From: Paramecium tetraurelia
Lineage: Eukaryota
Length of the DNA: 63,734 bases
Assembly: GCA_000165425.1 (NCBI GenBank)
Contig: CT868552.1
Span: forward strand, 372,001 to 435,734
Direction of reading: 5' to 3'
Position 1 is the stretch's first letter. The number at the start of each line of letters is the position of its first letter. The position numbers and the translations under genes are program-made. Below are positions 55,401 through 63,734 of the stretch, in pieces. Below the pieces are notes generated by a model. That model had not been told where the DNA came from. It saw only the letters and a list, made by a program, of their open reading frames with translations, and searched no databases.

Positions 55401-56716
55401 ATTATAATTATGAGATCTTTTTCTTTTGTTTCAAAAATATCATTTACGTAAAATTTGGACCCAAGCTATAAAAGGTTTCCAGACAAAATTGGTTATTATT
55501 AATTTTCTATTATTTGAATTATACTTGTTACTCTTCCTGTTTCATTTTCGTCAGCTCTTGATAATTTTAAGTTGATTCTTTCTACCTCATAATATTTTTA
55601 TTTCTTTAATTCTTCAATTATTTCATTTTTTTAATACTTATACTTATCTAAGATTTTAAAGACTTTTTCCTTTAATTTATCAAAAAATACATCCATTTAC
55701 TCTTTGAACAGATTAAAATGTTCTTTATCAACTAATTCATGATTATATATGAAATTCCATTTTTGGTCTAAATCCACTGTTTACAAAAAATTATTTACCT
55801 ATTGTTCAAAATATTTCTTTTGAATCTCTTTTTCTTTATTCCTCACCAATATAAATCTCCAGCTGTCTGAAAAAATATTTATTAAATTATTTATTTAATC
55901 ATTAACTTCATATTCTAATTCATCTGATATTTTATCAAGCATATTTTTCAAGCTTTTGCTTTAGTGCTCTATGTTAATTATACTCATTATTTAGTTTGTT
56001 TATTTATCTTTTTTGTTTAGAATCTAAATTAGGAGCCTTCCGATAAAATAATAAATGGTTTTTTTAAAGTTATTTGTTTCTTCTTCACGAAAGTGAAGTT
56101 TTCGTATTCTAATAAGTGTAGGTGATAATGTCTATGAATTAATGATTTAGTAATTTGTAATATTTTTTTATGATAAAACCCATTTACAATCGTATATTTA
56201 AATTTCCTTATTTTCACTCTCAGCAAAATGATATTCTGTTCTTTACTTTATTTGATTAAAAGGAATTATATCTCCTTAATACCAATGATTTTTAAATATA
56301 TCATCATTCAAACAAAATTTAATATTGTCTGTTAAATCTTATATTATTCTGAAAAGAACAATTTCTACAGCTTTTTCATTGATGGGTTTGGTAACAAAAA
56401 ATGTTTCGGAAAGAATGAAGATAAATATCATAACATTTTAGAATTTTAAGGCGATCAAGTTTCCCCTTTCAGAATTATTCAAATAAGATTATAAGGTCAC
56501 TTCTTGATTTATTTACAATTTAATTTCTCTTTCAACTTCTTTGTGTGTTCCAAATAAACCTTTTATTTAAAGTCTTTCATCTACCTCTAGAGAATCTAAG
56601 AATAATTTAGTTGTCTTATTAAAAAAATCAATTTTGTCAAGTTAAGAATCCTATGAGTTATCAGTCTTTATTGAATATAGTAAAGCTATTTAAAGATTTT
56701 GGCTAATTTAATTCAT
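49415..56716 (-). CDS. Giant (2433 aa) GBP/GVIN(VLIG)-like GTPase with coiled coil, Cys/His-rich array and C-terminal VWA domain
   Basis: Single frame checked codon by codon with no in-frame TGA from ATG 56716 to TGA 49415. G1 GKQSSGKS (54257-54280), G2 region SARCTEGVW, G3 LDCEG (~54134-54148), G4-like LRDV. Cys/His repeats at ~50110-51271. VWA motifs DIAFVIDSTLSM, DYPEAVLDGL and LIADSPPHG. Confidence 0.88.
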
Positions 56717-56999
56717 TTACAATAATTCTGAATTTCAATATTAACTTTTTATTTTAAAAGGGATTTAATAGAATTAATGAATTTTGTAATACAATATAAC
56801 AATTTTATGTTTCCATCATATTCATACCTTGCTTATTCAAGGCAATGTATATGAAATTATTTAAATGAATTATTTTCATTAGAAAACTATTGAATTTAAG
56901 TTTTAATGCATGATAACTATAATTAAGTTTATTATAATTAATATAATTTGAATAAAGTACTCATACTAAAATTTAGGCATTTATTATAATTTTACTTTA

Positions 57000-59900
57000 A
57001 AGATTACCTTTTTGAATATAAAGGTTCTTAATAATTATACTCTGCTCATAATTTTAATATAGATATTAATTCTTCTACTCATTTGTTTTTCCCTTTCCAT
57101 AATGTCTTGTATTATATACTGTTGATAGATAGAACTAAAAGAACTAAACTTAAGATGCTTTAGAAAAAACTTAACTAATTAGTTTTAATATATTGAAAGT
57201 AAACTGTGCAAAAATATATGAGGGTTTTTTTTAATTAATGAAATGACTAAATATTTTGAAAATCTTTTGTAAAACATAAAGATATGAGTAGAAAATTAAA
57301 CACTCAACAGTGAAGTTGGTAATATTACCTCAATCTTTATTAAGAAATAAATTATAAAATTTCATTATTCCATCTTATTGGTAGTTCTTAAATATATCAA
57401 TAATAAAGATCTTTTTCTTATAATAAATTATTAATTTACAAAGTTAATTTTTTTATCTAATTTTAGGTCACAAACATACGACTTAATATTTTCAAGGGAT
57501 CTAAAATTCTGACTCTTTAATCCAGAAGTTTGTGTGAATTCTTAGATATTTATTAATCATAGTTTCAAGACATCTCTCCATTTGTTCACCTTAAAAAAAA
57601 TTCAGAAGAAAAATTTTAATTATTGATTAAGAAAGAGCAATAGAATTTTAATTTCTAAGACTACGACTAATCCTATTATAATCTAATTAATTGATGGTTT
57701 CCAGTTGCTGAGAGGAATTGAAATGCATAGAAGTAAATTATTAAATAAGAATAAGCCATGCTTTAATATATGATACCAAAAATGAGAAACAGATACAATT
57801 TATTGAAAATATCATCAATTATCAACACAATTTTAAAAAGATTTACAATTATCCTAAACAATATTGATCTATTTAGCTTGCCTTCAAGATTTTGACTTAT
57901 ATCCTGCTTATTTAGAAGCCCTCAAAAGTTTTTTGTAGTCATTTCCTGATATTTGAACCTAAGCCTGTAATAATTTCAATGAAATTTTAATGTTGAGTAA
58001 AAATTGTCTAAATAAAATCTAAGATTTTTGTAATTGAGGCGTTGTTTCGGATTGATGTATCATATATATTTAATGAAGGAGACTTCTTGGTGAAATATTT
58101 TTATGAATATTTCTATTGCTGACTTTTTAAAATAAATTTTATTAGTATTTTCCAATCTCAAATGAAATAATTCAAGCCTGATCCTATTTTGATTATTAAA
58201 GAAAAGAAAATTACAAAAATTAGAAGGTTTATCTAAATTCTATGTTTTAATCGTTTGAGAGACTTAGGTTTTATTTTTATTGCTCTATATTTTATGAGGT
58301 TTTATAAATTTTGAGATTTATCAAATCCAGATCACATATTCATCTGTTCCTGATAATTTTACGTCATATATTTTGATCTATTTATACAGAATAATATGCA
58401 AAAAGTGGAGGTTTCTAGATACCATTACTTCCCTTCAAATAAATTTAAATTAACTAATTTCCCTGCTGCAGTTTACACTTTAACAAAAAATAATATTTTC
58501 CACCTCCAAATTTAGTAATTTGAACTCATTAATTTGGGGAAATTAGAAACTACTTTAACGTATTGGACTAAGAATTTACTCATTTAGAAATTGATATTAT
58601 TATAATGATTAATTAAACTAATAATTCGTCAAGAATTTAAATGGTGCAACTCTCAAGAACTATTACCAAGTACCATTAAAATAAAGGATTTTAAATTAAA
58701 TATTGAGGAAACCTTGAACACGAATGACATTTGAAAATATCTTTGGACTATTAATAAATAAATAATTGAATAATACAATTTTTTATTAACCATTAGTGCA
58801 TGTTATACTTTTTTGTTTCATATTTATTTATATCTATAATATGGTACCAATCCCGAAAGGTAGTATTTATAGTGTCTGATATTGATATCCATAGAAACTA
58901 AAATAATCGCTACATTGTTTATGCTAATTTCCAACAGCAATATGAATAGACCCAAAAGGGTCCAAGCTTAAAATTTTTATTTTAACCTCCATAATATCTT
59001 CAGCTACAATTTTTTATTCACTTTGTATTTAGCAATGGTTGTCTGCTTTAAAGATTTTTCCTTTCTCATATATATTTACATGATTATCTGTTAATGGCAT
59101 AAAGTTTTTCAAAAGTATTGTTTTTTAACCTAATAGACTTTAGGTAAATACCTACGTAGTTTTAACATTCTCGAACTTATTAATTGTTGCTTTAAATCAT
59201 TTAAAATTATGTTAATAAATTAATAAAAGTAGTAGGAAGTTATAGAAACGTGGATTAAATTTGAATCAATTGTGTAATCAAATCATTTAGAGAAATAAGA
59301 AGTGTAAATGTGAAAATGAATAACTTATCATTCTACCATATAGCCTAAGGATCTGATCCCATTCGAACACTTAACTTAAGCTATTAAAGTGATATTAGTT
59401 GTATTTCTGTTTGGGAAATACTTATATTGACAATCCTTTTGATATATTTTATTACTTTCTTTTTGTTTGATTTACTTTAGATTTATTTAAGCTTAGATAA
59501 TATTGAATAATTGTAGATTTCAATAATAAATAATCAGTTTATTAAATAAAATAAAGTTTTTCATCATCTCTTTTAGATATTCACATTTATGTATGTACAT
59601 TATTTTTAATAGAACATCAGAATCATCAAAGAATTGCAAAAGATTATATACAAAATCTTCGATATCAACTTAGTTTTTTCAATTAAAATATAAATAAATT
59701 CAGTATGCTAACATCAGCCGACTTTTTCCTTTAATAACTGATCAGAAGGCAACCTGTTCATTAAAATTTACTAAAGATCTACCTCAATTCTTTAGGGAAG
59801 GCACGATAAGATAGATACCATTAAGTTTGTAACAATATCACTTTATGAGACATAAACACTTGTAAGATCTCCTAATCTACATGAGCATAATTTTTCATCA

Positions 59901-60300
59901 GCTGTCGAATAGTGGTATTTAGGAGCAATAAAAGAAGTCCAACCTCTTTTGAGAATTCAACTTTGATCTTTGGAGCACAGAAGACGAAGAGAAAATTTTT
60001 TTCTATTCAAAAAAATTTTTGAATCTAAATTTGGAGTTCCAATTACAATTCTTTACGAAGTTAAATAATAAAAAAATTTGGCTTAAAACATTTACTTGTT
60101 CAAGACCTCAATGCTCTACTTCTTTGAATAGTATAATGCTAGAAGATCTAACTTTCCCTATTATTGTTAAATTGAATTGAATATCTTTCTAGATAAGTAG
60201 AAACGGCTTGATGCTACAATGCATATCGGGACTGATCTAATTCTCCAAGACTGCAATAGAATCTCATTCTGTTTGCTCATTTAATGTATTATTTACTTTT
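57000..60300 (+). pseudogene. Degenerate coding-like sequence, no intact gene found
   Basis: Protein-like fragments (YLACLQDFDLYPAYLEALKSF, FDLWSTEDEEKIFF) interrupted by frequent TGAs and frame changes. The strand assignment is tentative. Confidence 0.3.
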
Positions 60301-61254
60301 TTAATTTGATTATTATATTATGGTTTCTTGGCTTCAATAGAAAATTATAATATTATAATAGAAATATAGCACTTCGAAATTTGAGTAATTCTTCAATAAA
60401 AAAGAATGAATAAATATTTAATTTTTTTAATATCCTAAATAATATATTAATAATTTAATTCAACCAGTAGTTTTGAATTCGATTCATTAATTTGAACAGA
60501 TTCTACATTCATGTGTCTTAAAATTATATCAAATATATAGTTATGGGCTTGAGAAATATCTCTTTACTATGAAGATTTAAAAAGGGTTGGGACACTAACT
60601 TTTGGGATGGATATTCAAAAATCTGAATATGAATATTCTTTCAAATGCACAAAAGTTATGCATTTATTGTAACTTAATAATAGCCATAAAATACCATTTA
60701 ATATTCCTATGCCACTAGTTTCAATGCTTTCATAAAACTGATTTATGCTTTAGATAATTTTAACTTAAGAAAGGTTCCCAGCTTTTCAATTATCCTCATA
60801 ACATGTCCTACTTATTTTCCTAGTTGTCAGTTAGAAAGATAAAATCATTTATTTAAGAAATTCTTCGAAGAAGATATTTAGTGCAAATAGTAAAATTTTA
60901 ATTGCAGATTACTCCCATTATTAAATATATAAGTTTATAATAAGTTCCAATTTAATTAAAGTAATTTTTAGGTATTGAAAATAGAACCCTTTGCTTGATT
61001 CTTGTTATTTAGATAGGAAATTTGAGAATTATACACTTTGTAACAATCGAAGGAATTTACAATATCACATTAAACCATCAAGGGTCATTACTAAAAGAAA
61101 TGCTCAATCTACATAATTTATATAGAGGCTGATCATCAAAAGTATTGTTTAAGGTTATTGTTATTTTAGTGTAATAACTTACCATTTCATAAATCAGGTG
61201 TTGATTCAAGGGGCACTCTTAGGTTTGTCTTATATTTTAATTATTAACAACTTC

Positions 61255-61403
61255 NNNNNNNNNNNNNNNNNNNNNNNNNNNNNNNNNNNNNNNNNNNNNN
61301 NNNNNNNNNNNNNNNNNNNNNNNNNNNNNNNNNNNNNNNNNNNNNNNNNNNNNNNNNNNNNNNNNNNNNNNNNNNNNNNNNNNNNNNNNNNNNNNNNNNN
61401 NNN
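61255..61403. other. Assembly gap (149 N)
   Basis: Run of N characters. Confidence 1.
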
Positions 61404-63300
61404 NTAAATAGTTTCTTCATAGTTAATTTCAAAATAGAAGGATAGATAATTTATCATTACCTTCACCTGAAAATGGCTATTAAAAGTTAGGGATTTTATT
61501 ATAAAAGAACCTAATTGTTAATTGAAATCTTTCTTAATCAGAAATTTAATTTTTAATCCAAATAGGCTAGTAACACTTTAGTTAAAATTGAATTAACGAG
61601 TTATAAATAACAAAAAGTATTTCGGCATATTTTAGTTTAATTAAGAAATTATTGTTTATAAAATTTCTTTGCCATACTTATAAATCAACTTAACTAACTT
61701 AGAAACTTCAGGAGAATTATACAACCTTAGTCTGATATCTGTAAATAAATTGCATCCTTAGAAATTGAGTATAATTAATATCTATGTTCAAATACTCTCA
61801 AAGTAAGATACAAATATTTATGTACTAATAATCAATCTATTTTTTCTATAATGTCTAATTAAGGATTCCATAATTATTTAATTTCTTATGATACAGATAT
61901 TTCCTTTGATTTATTCGGTTATTCAGGGTAATTATTAAATTATATCCTAATTACAAATGAAAGCTATTTTAATGTTAATCAAATAACCTATTAATATGCT
62001 GGGGAAATTCCTATAAAATATTCATTAGTATAATTTTTGGCAGTAGATTATCCTTTATTTCCAGTATACTATTTCATAGGATATACTAATGATTCGCTTG
62101 ATTATGTGATTTTGCCTTTAAGGCTCTAACAACTAATCCATTGGGCTTGTTGAATTAAATTCAATTAATATTTGTGTAAATGCAAGTTCGTTATAGGTAG
62201 CCTATAGCATTTATCCTGAAAGAATTATAATTGGTCTCAGCACAAATTATACAATCTATTTGTTTTACTATTTCTATGATAACATCAGTATAATTAATTA
62301 CTCAAATTATACTTTTGAATAATAGTTCTCGGAGTTTGTATTAACATATAATAGTATTATAATTCTAATTCCAAATCATGAAATTCAAATAATGACATTT
62401 AACTTTAGAAATGTTTTTAAATTAAATTTATCATCAATAAATAAATTATTCAACAATATTCAATTCAATCCAATATAAATAGTGGTTAATACATAACTAT
62501 AGTCATCTTTATTATATGTCAACAATGTTAATAAATTATCATAGTTTTAATAGGTTAAGATGACTATCCAATACCAATTTCGTTGATACATTGTAATTTC
62601 ACAATTAAATAGATAAATTTAGTAAACCAATTATTGATATTATTAAATCTATGTAACAATCATCGCAATATTTGCTTTAAGTTTGGAATTTGTAAAATCA
62701 ACCTAAATACTATTATGTAAAGGATCTTTATAGCTTAAGTTTTGAGAATAACATAATAATACAATCTGACAACTAATTCTTTTATGTAACTTTTAGCAAT
62801 TATACTGTTTATATTTATAATCCTTCATCACCATATCACATGAGCTTATACTATATGATATAATTAACTTCACCAATTTTATGTGCTTCGGCATATAGAA
62901 GTAAAATTTTCTTGCATCAATTCTAATATTTTAAGTCACTGATTATTTCAGGCTATAGTTTTTACGAACTTGATGGACATTAAAAATTTGTGTTTATTAT
63001 TAATTTTTACAATAACCAATTTAATAATTAAATAAGATATCCATAATTTATTTATAATTTTACAGTACATCAGGATTGAATGACACAGCTTTTTAGTAAC
63101 CCCCTAATTAAAGTATTACTTTATATACAAACTTTACAGTATTTTATAATAAAGAAATCTATCAATAAATTTAGATTTAAATAATATTATCCTTATGTCT
63201 AAAAATTTCACTTATCCAATGAATTTATCATAAAGGGGGATTGTTAAATATTTAGGTCGTTATTGTTTAAATAGTTTCTGAGTAACGTATTACGTTATGA
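61404..63300 (+). pseudogene. Frameshifted copy of a large Asn/Ile/Tyr-rich, probably extracellular or surface protein gene
   Basis: Long coding blocks (DTNIYV; FGYSG; SLQVAYSIYPERIIIGLS; FNPIQIVVNTQLQSSLLYVNN; YPIPISLI; SDNQFFYVTFSNYTVYIYNP; NFTYPMNL) joined by several frame changes and in-frame TGAs. Many NxS/T sequons. Confidence 0.6.
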
Positions 63301-63734
63301 CGAATTATTAATTTTTCTTACACGTACACAAAAAAATTTTCGAAGAGAAGATTTACTTTCTTTAAAGTACTCCCTTCATGTGTATTTATCTCCAAAGACT
63401 TCGGTCTTTAAGGCTAATTGCCAAATCCACTCAATTATGTTTTTCTAATTTACAAATTTACTATTTTTTGAATTGGATCAATTTATTTTAGCCCATATTT
63501 AGTTAAATTAATCTCGACTCCAACAGTTAATAACCTCTCCTAAATCATATAACGTCTATGGTCTTTATGATTCAACTTTGAGAGTGTATATCTACAATAT
63601 TGTCCCAATATTAAACATTATCATCTTCAAGTCCAAATTTGTTCTAGAACATCTTCATCCCAGTCAGCTTATATTTCTGTAATACGGTGTAGGATGTCCG
63701 GGTGGTAAGCTAGCCCTTGTATGTAGCAGGGTAA

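Noticed and set aside
61198..61466. ORFs containing long X runs
   Set aside because: Artefacts of the N gap.
1..63734. Many short ORFs in the supplied six-frame track (e.g. 6092-6334+, 13558-13839+, 24337-24531-, 37861-38208-, 51056-51268+)
   Set aside because: They are antisense or off-frame shadows of real genes, produced by treating TAA/TAG as stops.
1..63734. Retained IESs, telomeric repeats, tRNA/rRNA genes, intact transposons
   Set aside because: I saw no G4T2/G3T3 tracts, RNA-gene signatures or transposase/RT motifs. Interruptions in the traced genes are explained by GT-AG introns. IESs in intergenic DNA cannot be called by eye.

Overview
This is AT-rich eukaryotic DNA from a ciliate, almost certainly a Paramecium macronuclear scaffold. 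Genes read through only when TAA/TAG are translated as Gln with TGA as the sole stop, introns are tiny (about 20-31 nt, GT..AG), and many intergenic spacers are only 20-150 nt. The supplied standard-code ORF track therefore fragments or misses most genes. From 1 to 56.7 kb there are about 33 tightly packed genes, including a PX sorting nexin, ASF1, cytidine deaminase, an SVOP-like MFS transporter, CGI-121, a DHHC palmitoyltransferase, RPS6, a cyclic-nucleotide PDE, RAMP4/SERP1, a MORN protein, CFAP210-like, a CRC/tesmin protein, TOM40, TMEM43, a Trf4/Cid-like nucleotidyltransferase, a dual-specificity phosphatase, a CNBD K+ channel, a TLDc protein, dPGM and CK1. The standout is an uninterrupted 7.3-kb ORF (49415-56716, minus strand, 2433 aa). 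It encodes a very large GBP/GVIN-like GTPase, a Cys/His-rich array whose first unit is split by a ~635-aa coiled coil, and a C-terminal VWA domain. The last ~7 kb is a decayed, pseudogene-like zone containing a 149-N assembly gap. All translations and family calls were made by eye, with no database searches.
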